Shown: positions 1-8,785 of the stretch, one piece after another | Layout of the letters: the number at the start of each line of letters is the position of its first letter | Position numbering within the stretch: the first letter of the stretch is position 1 | Assembly: GCA_963822965.1 (NCBI GenBank) | Contig: CAWGJT010000010.1 | Location: 1,088,001-1,152,000 of the forward strand | Source of the DNA: an uncultured delta proteobacterium | Lineage (GTDB): Bacteria > Myxococcota_A > UBA9160 > UBA4427 | Reading direction: 5' to 3' | Length of the DNA stretch: 64,000 nt | The notes under the pieces: generated by a model | Databases searched by the model: none | What the model was told of the DNA's origin: nothing | What the model saw: the letters and a program-made list of their open reading frames with translations, nothing else | Translations under genes and position numbers: made by a program

Positions 1-106
1 TGCCGATCGCCAGGCCTCCGTCGGACTCCCGTCCGGATCGGGGGCGGAACAGGAATACGGCGCGAGCACCCGCCCCGGTCTGCCTGCCTCGACGTACGCA
101 ACCATC

Positions 107-1162
107 TTGTCCGATTCCCGCCCGACGCCGTCCCGCATGCACGCGCCGGCCTGCCACGACGACGCGACCCTGGAAGGGAAACGCTGGGGGCGCCTCCTCG
201 CGCGCTACTGCGACCCCGACCCGAAGCGCAGCGTCTTCGAGGTGGCGGTCACCGCGGCGCCGTTCGCGCTGCTGTGGGCGGCCCTGCTCGTCTGCATGCA
301 GCGGGGCGCCTGGCTCGGCCTGGCCCTGGCCGTCCCCGCGGCGGCCCTGCTCGTGCGCCTCTTCATGATCCAGCATGACTGCGGACATGGCTCGTTCTTC
401 CGGCGTCGCCGCAGCAACGACGCGCTGGGCCGCGTCCTGGGCGTGCTCACCTTCACGCCCTACGACTACTGGCGCCGCACCCATGCCGTGCACCACGCGA
501 CCACCGGCAATCTCGACCGTCGCGGCACCGGCGACGTCACGCTACTGACCGTCGCGGAGTATCGGGCGCTGCCGCGCTGGCGGCGTGTGGGCTACCGCCT
601 GATCCGGCACCCGCTGGTGCTGCTCGGCCTGGGGCCCGTCTACCTGTTCGTGCTCAAGTACCGCCTGCCCGTCGGCCTCATGCAGCACGGCAAGGGTCCG
701 TGGATCAGCACCATGGCCACGAATCTCGCCATCGCCGGCCTGTTCCTGGGGCTGGGGAGCACCCTGGGCTTCGGCGCCCTGCTGCTCACGCAGCTCCCCG
801 TCACCCTGCTGGCCGGCGCCATCGGCGTCTGGCTCTTCTACGTCCAGCACCAGTTCGAGGACACCTACTGGGCGCGGGACGACGAATGGGGCTTCCACGC
901 GGGCGCCCTGCTCGGCAGCACCTACTACGAGCTGCCCCGCCCGCTGCGTTGGCTGACCGCCGACATCGGCATCCACCACGTCCACCACCTGGCGAGCCGG
1001 ATCCCGAGCTATCGATTGCGCGAGACCCTGGCCGACCACCCCGAGCTGCGCGCGGTCGGCCGCGTCACCCTGCGCGAGAGCCTGCACTGCTTCCGGCTCG
1101 CGCTGTGGGACGACGACGCGAAGCGCCTCGTGGGCTTCGCCGACCTGCGCACCTCCGCCTGA
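107..1162 (+). CDS. Membrane fatty acid desaturase (Des-like)
   Basis: Three His boxes HDCGH, HAVHH, HHVHH plus hydrophobic TM stretches; start codon uncertain. Confidence 0.9.
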   Translation: MSDSRPTPSRMHAPACHDDATLEGKRWGRLLARYCDPDPKRSVFEVAVTAAPFALLWAALLVCMQRGAWLGLALAVPAAALLVRLFMIQHDCGHGSFFRRRRSNDALGRVLGVLTFTPYDYWRRTHAVHHATTGNLDRRGTGDVTLLTVAEYRALPRWRRVGYRLIRHPLVLLGLGPVYLFVLKYRLPVGLMQHGKGPWISTMATNLAIAGLFLGLGSTLGFGALLLTQLPVTLLAGAIGVWLFYVQHQFEDTYWARDDEWGFHAGALLGSTYYELPRPLRWLTADIGIHHVHHLASRIPSYRLRETLADHPELRAVGRVTLRESLHCFRLALWDDDAKRLVGFADLRTSA

Positions 1163-1176
1163 GCCCAACGCGTCGA

Positions 1177-2520
1177 TCAGGTGGCCGCGCTGCGACCCGA
1201 CGGCTCGAGGGTGCGGGCGATATCCCGCGCGAGCTGCAGTGCCTCGCTCTCCTCGAGGGTGGCGATGCAGACGCGGATCCCCGGTCCGGACTCCAGGCGG
1301 AAGCGCTCGCCGGCGTTCACCGCCCAGCCCGCCTCGAGGAGCGCCTGCACCGGGCGAACCTCCTCGGCCACGGGGATCCACACGCACAGCCCCGAGCGTC
1401 CGTGCGCCTCGAGGCCGTGCTCGTCGAGCGCCCGCAGCAGGGCCTCACGCCGTGCCGTGTAGGTGCGGGCCGCCGCGCGCAGCCCGGCCTGGACGCTGCG
1501 GTCCTTCCAGAGGACCAGCGCGAGTCGCTGGAGCACGTGGCTCACCCACCGGATCCCGAGGCGCTGCCGCCCTTCGACCCTCGCCATCGTCTCGTCGTCG
1601 CCGGCGACGGTGGCCACGCGCAGGTCGGGCCCCAGGGACTTCGAGAACGAGCGCACGACGGCCCAGGGGTGTCGGACGCCCGGACGTACGAGCGTCCGGA
1701 CGGGCGCACCCGCCACGATGCCCGCGTGATCGTCCTCGCACAGGAGGACGTCGGGGTGATCGTCGAGCACCGCTGCGAGCGTGTCCGCGCGTTCGACGGT
1801 GAGCGCCGAGCCGAACGGGTTCTGCGCGCGGGGCGTCACGACGAGCGCCGCGGCACCGCGCTCGAGGGCCCGGGCCAGGGCCGCCGGGCGGGGGCCCTCG
1901 TCGTCGATCTCCACCGGCACCGCCGCCAGGCCGAGCGCCGCCAGCAGGTCGCGGACGCCGACGAACGCGGGATCCTCCACCGCCACGCGGTCGCCGGGCC
2001 GCAGCCGGGCCTGCAGCACGCGCTCGAGCCCGTCGAGGGCGCCGCTCGTCACGCTCACCCGGTCGGCGGGAATTCCGTCGGCCCGAAAGCGTTCCACGGC
2101 GCGCCGGCCGAGCTCCGGTTCGATCAGCGCGTCTCCGTAGAGGACGCGGCTCGTGTCGATCCGAGCGAGTGCGGGGGCCAGGTCCGGCAGCAGCGCGGGG
2201 TCGGGATTGCCGTCGGCGAGGTTGCGGACGCCGGGGGGCAACGGCGCGTCGCCCCCCGCGTAGATCGGGGGTCGCGGACAGACGCGGGTGCCCCGGCGTC
2301 CCTGGGTGCTCACGAGGCCCCGGGCCCGCAGCTCCTTGAAGGCGGCCGCCACCGTCGTGGGGCTCAGGCGCAAATCCTGCGCCAAGCTGCGCACCGTGGG
2401 AAGGTCGTCGCCGGGACGCAGGCGGCCCTCGCGGATGGCGGCCTCGACGCTGCTCGCGATCTCCAGCGCGGTGGCGCCGCCGATCCCCGAACGGGGCCGG
2501 GGGCGGGAAGCGGCAGGCAT
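1177..2520 (-). CDS. MocR/GabR-type GntR regulator with PLP-dependent aminotransferase domain
   Basis: N-terminal GntR HTH (LPTVRSLAQDLRLSPTTVAAAFKEL); PLP Lys motif SFSKSLGP; ATG at 2520 preferred to 2553. Confidence 0.9.
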   Translation of the reverse strand: MPAASRPRPRSGIGGATALEIASSVEAAIREGRLRPGDDLPTVRSLAQDLRLSPTTVAAAFKELRARGLVSTQGRRGTRVCPRPPIYAGGDAPLPPGVRNLADGNPDPALLPDLAPALARIDTSRVLYGDALIEPELGRRAVERFRADGIPADRVSVTSGALDGLERVLQARLRPGDRVAVEDPAFVGVRDLLAALGLAAVPVEIDDEGPRPAALARALERGAAALVVTPRAQNPFGSALTVERADTLAAVLDDHPDVLLCEDDHAGIVAGAPVRTLVRPGVRHPWAVVRSFSKSLGPDLRVATVAGDDETMARVEGRQRLGIRWVSHVLQRLALVLWKDRSVQAGLRAAARTYTARREALLRALDEHGLEAHGRSGLCVWIPVAEEVRPVQALLEAGWAVNAGERFRLESGPGIRVCIATLEESEALQLARDIARTLEPSGRSAAT

Positions 2521-2570
2521 GGAATCTCCAAGGGTGGCCGGCCTTGCCAGCACCCCTCTCGTCTCGTAGT

Positions 2571-2610
2571 TTATGTAGCAGTACGTATACTGTTATGTAC
2601 CAGAACAAAA
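2571..2610. promoter_or_regulatory. Putative MocR operator/divergent promoter region
   Basis: AT-rich island; TTATGTA at 2571 and 2593 (22-bp spacing) bracketing the inverted repeat CAGTA-cgta-TACTG. Confidence 0.55.
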
Positions 2611-2724
2611 TGGAATCGCCAACAGAGCAGCCAAGGCAATCGAACACACGAAAGAGCCGACCGGACCGTACCCGAACGAACGCGTCAGCCCCCGGCCGAT
2701 GCCGGGGGCGCCAGGAGAGCTCCG

Positions 2725-3432
2725 ATGACCGCGACCGCCTCCACTCCGCGAACCCAGGTGAAGCGACAGCCCACCCGAGGCGTCTACGACCGCGCCGTGA
2801 TCGAGCGCATCCTCGATCACGGCTTCGTGTGCCACGTGGGGTTCGTCTTCGAGGGTCAGCCCGTGTGCCTGCCCATGGTCTACGGCCGTCTGGGCGACGC
2901 GATCTACCTCCACGGCTCGCCGGCGAGCCGGCTGCTGCGGGCCCTGCGCGACGGCGCCGAGGCCGCGGTGACGGTCACCCACGTGGACGGGCTCGTCCTG
3001 GCCCGCTCGGCCTTCCATCACTCGCTGAACTACCGCTCGGTGGCGATCTACGGGTGCGCGACCGAGGTCGCGGACGCCAAGGAGAAGCTCCGGGCCCTCG
3101 AGGCCGTGGTAGACCACGCCTTTCCCGGACGCTTCGCGGAGGTCCGCGGTCCGAGCCTGAAGGAGTTCCACCAGACCCTGGTGCTGCGGCTTCCGATCGC
3201 CGAGGCGTCGGCCAAGGTGCGGAGCGGAGGCCCCGTCGACGAGGAGGCAGACCTCGCCCTCGATGTCTGGGCGGGGGTCGTGCCCCTGGCCCTGGCTCCC
3301 GGCGAGCCCATCGCCGATCCGGGCGGGAAGCCCGGCGTAGCGATGCCCGCAATCGCCCGGGACTACCGAAGGCCGCCGGGGACGGACGCCCAGGGCGTCC
3401 TCGAGGCCATGGCCGCGCGTGACGCCGGGTGA
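2725..3432 (+). CDS. Pyridoxamine 5'-phosphate oxidase-like flavin-binding protein
   Basis: ILDHGFVCHVGF, YLHGS, VDGLVLARSAFHHSLNYRS, ASAKVRSGGP motifs; AGGAG upstream of ATG 2725. Confidence 0.88.
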   Translation: MTATASTPRTQVKRQPTRGVYDRAVIERILDHGFVCHVGFVFEGQPVCLPMVYGRLGDAIYLHGSPASRLLRALRDGAEAAVTVTHVDGLVLARSAFHHSLNYRSVAIYGCATEVADAKEKLRALEAVVDHAFPGRFAEVRGPSLKEFHQTLVLRLPIAEASAKVRSGGPVDEEADLALDVWAGVVPLALAPGEPIADPGGKPGVAMPAIARDYRRPPGTDAQGVLEAMAARDAG

Positions 3433-3475
3433 ACGGGGTTCCGACCGGGGCGATCGGAGGAGGCGTCGAAGGAAC

Positions 3476-3552
3476 TGGTCGGGCCGGCGAGATTCGAACT
3501 CGCGACCTCTTGACCCCCAGTCAAGCGCGCTACCAAGCTGCGCCACGGCCCG
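3476..3552 (-). tRNA. tRNA-Pro (GGG)
   Basis: Reverse complement CGGGCCGTGGCGCAGCTTGGTAGCGCGCTTGACTGGGGGTCAAGAGGTCGCGAGTTCGAATCTCGCCGGCCCGACCA folds as a cloverleaf with encoded CCA. Confidence 0.97.
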
Positions 3553-3621
3553 CCGGCCGGAGGGGTAGCCTGCTCTGCGGGATCTGTCGAGGCGGCGCGC
3601 CCGGCGGCGGACCGCCGGTCC

Positions 3622-4551
3622 TCACAGGGCGCTGGGATCCTCGTCCTCGTCGATCAGCACCTCGGGCCCGACGGGCTCCACGTTCGACGGCAGAAGGTCG
3701 ACCGCCTCGGGCCACCCGTCAGGGCCCTCTCCGTCGATCTCGTCCAGGGGCGCGCCCAGCCAGCGCTCGTCCCGCCAGCCGCTTCCCACTCCCTCCGGTG
3801 GCTTGTCGAGGAGCGCGCACGACAGCTCGTGAACGCGCCGCGGGACGCCGCCGGAGAGCCGATGGATCCAGCCGACCGCCTCGTCGTGGAAGCGCGCGCG
3901 TTCCTCCGCCGGAACGCCTGCCTGCTCGAGTCGCGTGTGGACGTAGGCGCGGGTCTCGCGCGGGCTCATGGGCTGCGTGAAGCGGACCTCGTCGATTTCG
4001 GTGTCCAGCGCCACGAGCACGCGTCTCGAGACGGCGTCGTCCCCCGCGGCGATCACGATGCGCAGGCGTCCACCCGACTCGCGCAGCAGCTCGCCCAGGG
4101 CCCGCGCCGTCTCGAGGGGCATCGAGCTCCCGTCGTCCACGAACAGCGCCAGGGTCCGCTCCTCCTCGCCCAGGGCGCGCGCCCGGCGCAGCAGCGTCGC
4201 ACGGGGCTCGTCCGACACGGCGCTCCCCAGCAGGCCCAGGCTCCAGGCGCACAGCTCGTCGAGGTCGAGCGCCGCATAGGCGAGGAAGACGGTCTCGAGC
4301 GCGTCGCCGAGCCGGTCCGCGAGCAGGCGCAGCAGCAGGCTCTTGCCCAGACCGGGTGGTGCCGTGAGGGCGGTGATTCCACCCGCGCGGAAGGCCTGCT
4401 CGAGGGCGCGGAGCGCCTCTTCCGTGGCATCGCGCGGCACGTATTCGGCCGGATTCGCGGTCTCGCCGAACGGCGCGGGCCCCCGTGCGGGAAGCACGCC
4501 GCCCACTTCCGTCGCCTGGCCCTCGTCCGCTTGACCCTCGTCGCCCGGCAA
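3622..4551 (-). CDS. ExeA/GspA-like AAA ATPase
   Basis: N-terminal PF..T.NP motif, Walker A APPGLGKS, Walker B LFVDD, C-terminal SGGVPRRV; start uncertain (TTG 4551 or 4614). Confidence 0.75.
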   Translation of the reverse strand: MPGDEGQADEGQATEVGGVLPARGPAPFGETANPAEYVPRDATEEALRALEQAFRAGGITALTAPPGLGKSLLLRLLADRLGDALETVFLAYAALDLDELCAWSLGLLGSAVSDEPRATLLRRARALGEEERTLALFVDDGSSMPLETARALGELLRESGGRLRIVIAAGDDAVSRRVLVALDTEIDEVRFTQPMSPRETRAYVHTRLEQAGVPAEERARFHDEAVGWIHRLSGGVPRRVHELSCALLDKPPEGVGSGWRDERWLGAPLDEIDGEGPDGWPEAVDLLPSNVEPVGPEVLIDEDEDPSAL

Positions 4552-4700
4552 GTCTACCCTCGCGCCTCCGACCGTCCCTCGCGAACTCTTCGGGAGGTTC
4601 CCCTGCCCACTCAAGCGCCGTCTCGAGCTCCGCGCCAGCGCCGGAGGCAGCCCCCGAAGGCTCGCCCCAGCGTAGGCGAAGACGTAGAGCCAGCCCCGCC

Positions 4701-5171
4701 GTGCCCATCGAGCGAATCGAGGCGCGCGTGCGCACGGGCGCGGCCCTGATGGCGGCCTCGGACGACCCGCTCTTCCTGCGCCTGCAGGGTCCGCAGGGGC
4801 GCGAGTTCCGCCTGGAGATGGCCCGGGGCAGGTCCCTGCGGCGCGCCACCACGGACGTCTTCGTCCTGGGGCCGCCCGGCGCCGCCGACACCAACGTCGC
4901 CCATCCCGAGCTGAACGACCCCACCCACCCGGCCATCGACCTCGCCGGCATCGAGGGCGTGCAGCTCGCCAAGGGTCTCGACCCGGTGCCCAACGTTCGC
5001 GGGATCGGCGAAATGGACGACCGCCTGCTCATCGAGAGCGCCGAGGTCGTGCTCCTCGGCGCCGATGGACGGACCGCGCGTTTCCGGCGCGAGGGGCCCA
5101 TCTGGCTCGGACTGGTGTGCGGGCTCGCGTTGAGCCTTCCCCGTGCGGAGGCGGGAGACCCGACGCCGTGA
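4701..5171 (+). CDS. Hypothetical protein with PLAT/LH2-like beta-sandwich pattern
   Basis: GTG start in long open frame; VRTG..AASDDPLFLRLQGPQG..RRATTDVF..WLG pattern; stop overlaps next start (GTGA). Confidence 0.65.
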   Translation: MPIERIEARVRTGAALMAASDDPLFLRLQGPQGREFRLEMARGRSLRRATTDVFVLGPPGAADTNVAHPELNDPTHPAIDLAGIEGVQLAKGLDPVPNVRGIGEMDDRLLIESAEVVLLGADGRTARFRREGPIWLGLVCGLALSLPRAEAGDPTP

Positions 5172-5830
5172 GGCGTACCCGACGCAGACTGGCGACGGCC
5201 GCGACCGCAGCCGTCCTGGTGACGTCCGTGGCCACGGGGGGGCCCGCCGCCACGGGCGACTCGGCGCAGCCCGGCAGCTACTGCCCGTTTCCCGCGCAGG
5301 GCGAGAAGCCCGTCTGCTTCGCCGAGGTGGAGCACCAGTTCGGCGGCTTCCTCGAGGCCGTGGACGCCGGCGAGATCGACGCCGCCGAGCTCTCGGAGGT
5401 GGAGGACCAGCTCCAGCGCGGCCCGACCGAGGCCGAGCGCACCCTGGCGCTCTCGTCCCTCGCCTACGGGTACTTCATGCTGGCGGCGCGAGCCGCCGCC
5501 GCGGAACATCCGGATCCCGCCCTCGTCCAGCGCCTGCAGGGCTGGAACGAGCTGCTGGGCACGGTCTACGCCGACGCCCGCAGCGAGCCGAGCTTCCGGA
5601 CGGCCATTCGGGAGGCTGCCCGCGACCTGGACACCCGCGCACCGGCGGTGCTCGTGCCCTGTGAAGAGGCGGGTGCGAACCAGCCCTGCCGCTCGACCAG
5701 CGCGCTGCTCGATACCCTGCGCGGAATCGACGATCCCGAGGGTGAGTCGGGCGTCCGCGGCGCGCTCGGTCACCTTCTCGACCGCATCCTCGACGACCGG
5801 CGGCAGGACGAATCGCCGCCGAGCGACTAA
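5168..5830 (+). CDS. Hypothetical exported protein with two Cys pairs
   Basis: Basic N-terminus and hydrophobic signal-like segment; CPFPAQGEKPVC and CEEAGANQPC; coupled to upstream gene. Confidence 0.65.
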   Translation: MRRTRRRLATAATAAVLVTSVATGGPAATGDSAQPGSYCPFPAQGEKPVCFAEVEHQFGGFLEAVDAGEIDAAELSEVEDQLQRGPTEAERTLALSSLAYGYFMLAARAAAAEHPDPALVQRLQGWNELLGTVYADARSEPSFRTAIREAARDLDTRAPAVLVPCEEAGANQPCRSTSALLDTLRGIDDPEGESGVRGALGHLLDRILDDRRQDESPPSD

Positions 5831-5906
5831 GCTCCCCGCCTCCCGGAACGCGCCCTCCCCTGCCGATGTGCGAGTCGCTCGCCCATCCGACGGAGACCGC
5901 ATCCCC

Positions 5907-6482
5907 ATGGCCCCGACGAGCCGCACGTCCTTTCCCCGGCGCATGTGGCGTGCCTCGCTGCTGCACGCCGACACCTACGAAGAGGTGGAAGCAGACCGCG
6001 GCTCCATCGGCCAGGCCTTCGCGATCGTGCTGATGGCGAGCGGCGCCGGCGCTCTGGGCACCTGGATCCGCGTGGTCACGGGGCACCCGTTGCCCGGGAA
6101 CGCCCTGCCCCTGCCCCTGCACCTGGCGCTGATCGTGTTCGAGCCGCTCACCGTGTGGGTCGTGAGCTCGGCCTTCGCGTACATGGTGGGCGCGACGTTC
6201 CTGCGCGGGCCCGAGACCGAGACCGACTACGCGGAGGTGCTGCGCACCACCGGCTTCGCGTTCTCGCCCGGCCTGCTGCTCTTCTTCGTGTGGCTGCCGC
6301 CCGACGAGCTGGGGCTTGCGGCGTGGAGCCTCGGCCGGCTCTGGATCCTGGTGGCGGCCGTGGTGGCCGTGCGCCAGGCCCTCGACTTCACGACGGTGCG
6401 CGCCGTCGGCACCTTCGGCGCCGCCGCGCTGCTCATGTGGCTGGTGCTGTGGGGGCTCTCGGTGGCGCCGATTCCGCTGTGA
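5907..6482 (+). CDS. YIP1-like multi-pass membrane protein
   Basis: About 5 TM segments; TYEEVEAD, LRTTGFAFSPG, VAVRQALDF motifs. Confidence 0.7.
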   Translation: MAPTSRTSFPRRMWRASLLHADTYEEVEADRGSIGQAFAIVLMASGAGALGTWIRVVTGHPLPGNALPLPLHLALIVFEPLTVWVVSSAFAYMVGATFLRGPETETDYAEVLRTTGFAFSPGLLLFFVWLPPDELGLAAWSLGRLWILVAAVVAVRQALDFTTVRAVGTFGAAALLMWLVLWGLSVAPIPL

Positions 6483-6530
6483 GCGCCGGGGGCGCGGAAG
6501 ACTCGCGCCTCGATTCGTGGTGGTGAACCT

Positions 6531-7040
6531 TCAGATCTCGGCCACGAGCAGCGAGCGGATGGCCAGCAGCTCGTCCCGGATGCGCCGCAGCTCGTCCCGG
6601 GGGCCGTCGCCGCCCTCGCGAGCCGTGCCGGCGACGGCCAGCTCGGCCCGTGCCTCGCTGCCGAGCTCGCGAAGCCGCTTGCGGGCTCCGGCGATGGTGT
6701 AGCGCTCCTGGTAGAGCAGGCGCTTGATGGCCAGGATGGTCTCGATGTCCTTCTGCCGGTACAGGCGCTGCTTGGAGCGCGACTTCTGGGGCGCCATCAG
6801 GCGGAACTCGCTCTCCCAGTAGCGTAGGACGTAGGGCTTCACGCCCGTGATCTGGCTCACCTCGCCGATACGGTAGTAGAGCTTGCCGTCCTTCAGGGCG
6901 CTCAGATCTTCGGGCTCGACGTCGTCGTCGGCCGGCGGTCCTGCGCTGGGCTCGGCTTCGGGCGCCGTGCGGCCCACCGCGGCCGACGGGCGTGCGGCGG
7001 GCTTGCGGCCCGACCGCCTGGAGGTCTTCTTCCTGGCCAT
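6531..7040 (-). CDS. MerR-family regulator (ihfA-linked type)
   Basis: YYRIGEVSQITGVKPYVLRYWESEF, YTIAGAR; canonical position after ihfA. Confidence 0.9.
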   Translation of the reverse strand: MARKKTSRRSGRKPAARPSAAVGRTAPEAEPSAGPPADDDVEPEDLSALKDGKLYYRIGEVSQITGVKPYVLRYWESEFRLMAPQKSRSKQRLYRQKDIETILAIKRLLYQERYTIAGARKRLRELGSEARAELAVAGTAREGGDGPRDELRRIRDELLAIRSLLVAEI

Positions 7041-7074
7041 GACACCCCCTCCCCCACGCGGGGGGCTCGATGGA

Positions 7075-7386
7075 TCAGGACTGCACGCCCGCGTCTTCGC
7101 CGTCGGCGCCTTCCTCGTTGAGGACGTTCTTCAGCACCAGGCTCGGCTTGAAGGTGAGCACCTTGCGGGCCTCGAGCAGGATCTCCTGCCCCGTCTGGGG
7201 ATTGCGGCCCTTGCGGGCGTTCTTGTGGCGTACGACGAAGTTGCCGAAGCCGGAGATCTTCACCTTCTCGCCCTGGGCGAGGGTCTCCTTGATGACGTCG
7301 AAAACCTTCTCGACGAGCTCGGCTGCCTCCTTTTTCGAGAAGCCGACTCGCTCATAGATCTGCTCGACGATCTCCGCCTTGGTCAT
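7075..7386 (-). CDS. ihfA: Integration host factor alpha subunit
   Basis: MTKAEIVE..VKISGFGNF..RKGRNPQTG..FKPS. Confidence 0.93.
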   Translation of the reverse strand: MTKAEIVEQIYERVGFSKKEAAELVEKVFDVIKETLAQGEKVKISGFGNFVVRHKNARKGRNPQTGQEILLEARKVLTFKPSLVLKNVLNEEGADGEDAGVQS

Positions 7387-7442
7387 GGTCGCCCCCTCCG
7401 TTCCCGGATCGAGTCGCGATTCGCGTCCCTCGGCCCGAGTGC

Positions 7443-7799
7443 TCAGGCCGCCTCTCGCTTCGCCAGCGTCGCCAGCTCGCCGAACCCCTTCGGATCCTCG
7501 ATGGCGAGCTGCGCCAGGATCTTGCGATCCACCTCGACGCCCGCCTTGTGGAGACCGTCGATCAGCCGGCTGTACGAGAGACCGTGCTCCCGCGCGGCGG
7601 CGTTGATGCGGGCGATCCACAGGACCCGGAACTGCCGCTTGCGCTGCTTGCGCCCGGCGTAGGCGTACTTGGCGGCCTTCTCCACCGCCTCGCGTGCCAC
7701 GGGGTAGAGCTTGCTTCGCGCGCCGGAGTAGCCGCGGGCCTTCTTGAGTACGCGCCGCCGTCGCTTGCGCGCGGCAACGCTTCGTTTCACACGAGCCAT
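7443..7799 (-). CDS. rplT: 50S ribosomal protein L20
   Basis: [31 protein letters not shown]. Confidence 0.97.
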   Translation of the reverse strand: MARVKRSVAARKRRRRVLKKARGYSGARSKLYPVAREAVEKAAKYAYAGRKQRKRQFRVLWIARINAAAREHGLSYSRLIDGLHKAGVEVDRKILAQLAIEDPKGFGELATLAKREAA

Positions 7800-7832
7800 G
7801 TCGTCCTCTCTCTCTCGCCCTTCCGGGCGGGT

Positions 7833-8030
7833 CTACAGGTACGGAAGCATCTTCCGCACGCGGCGCTCGTCCGCGTCGGAGATGAGCGCGTCCTGTCGCA
7901 GGCTGCGCTTCCGCTTGGTGGTCTTCTTGGTCAGGATGTGCTGCTTGTTCGCCTTCTGCCGGGCGATCTTGCCCGAGCCGGTCTTCTTGAACCGCTTGGC
8001 CGCACCCCGGTGCGATTTCATCTTCGGCAC
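7833..8030 (-). CDS. rpmI: 50S ribosomal protein L35
   Basis: GTG start after [26 protein letters not shown], 65 aa. Confidence 0.96.
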   Translation of the reverse strand: MPKMKSHRGAAKRFKKTGSGKIARQKANKQHILTKKTTKRKRSLRQDALISDADERRVRKMLPYL

Positions 8031-8038
8031 GTCGTCTC

Positions 8039-8761
8039 CTATTCGGCCTCTTCGGCCGCACCCGTCTCGGCGCCGGCCTGCGCGGCCGGGGCCTTCTCTT
8101 CCTCCGCCCCGGCGTCCTCGCCTTCCCCGGCCTCGGCCCGGGCCGCCTCTGCCTCGGCCTCCGCCTTGGCCTGCTTCTCGGCCTGCTCGGCCACCCGCTT
8201 CGCCTCCGCCACGGCCTCGCGGTCCGCGACGACGATCATGGACATGAAGCGCCCTTCCATCCGCGGCGAGGTCTCTAGCTTCGCCAGCGGCTTCAGGTGC
8301 TCCATCACCTGCTCGAGCTGCGCGCGCCCCCGATACGTGTGGACCATCTCCCGGCCCCGGAACATGACCGTGATCTTGACCTTGTCCCCGTCCATCAGGA
8401 AGCGCCGCGCGTTGTTCAGCTTGAACTCCAGGTCGTGCATGTCCGTGCCCGGCCGGAGCTTCACTTCCTTCAGGGTGGCCGCGTGCGCCTTCTTCTGCGC
8501 GCCCGCCCGCTTCTTCTTCTGCTCGTACTTGTAGCGACCGTAGTCCATGATGCGACACACGGGCGGCTTGGAGTTGGCGGCGACCTCCACGAGATCGAGT
8601 CCGGCTTCCCGGGCCTTCTCGAGCGCTTCCTCGGGCGTCATCACCCCGAGCTGCTCGCTGTCGGCGCCGATCACCCGAACTTCCCTCACGCGGATTCGCT
8701 CGTTGACCCGGGTCGTGTCCTTCTCCGGGGATACGATTCGAAATTTGGCTCGAGCAGCGAT
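8039..8761 (-). CDS. infC: Translation initiation factor IF-3 (probable AUC start)
   Basis: [39 protein letters not shown]; in-frame ATC at 8761 lies 7 nt after GGGAGG. Confidence 0.95.
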   Translation of the reverse strand: MAARAKFRIVSPEKDTTRVNERIRVREVRVIGADSEQLGVMTPEEALEKAREAGLDLVEVAANSKPPVCRIMDYGRYKYEQKKKRAGAQKKAHAATLKEVKLRPGTDMHDLEFKLNNARRFLMDGDKVKITVMFRGREMVHTYRGRAQLEQVMEHLKPLAKLETSPRMEGRFMSMIVVADREAVAEAKRVAEQAEKQAKAEAEAEAARAEAGEGEDAGAEEEKAPAAQAGAETGAAEEAE

Positions 8762-8785
8762 TTCCGTTCCTCCCTTACCGTGGTT

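Noticed and set aside
1..3476. Integrated island downstream of tRNA-Pro
   Set aside because: No integrase, no duplicated tRNA 3' end and no evident compositional shift
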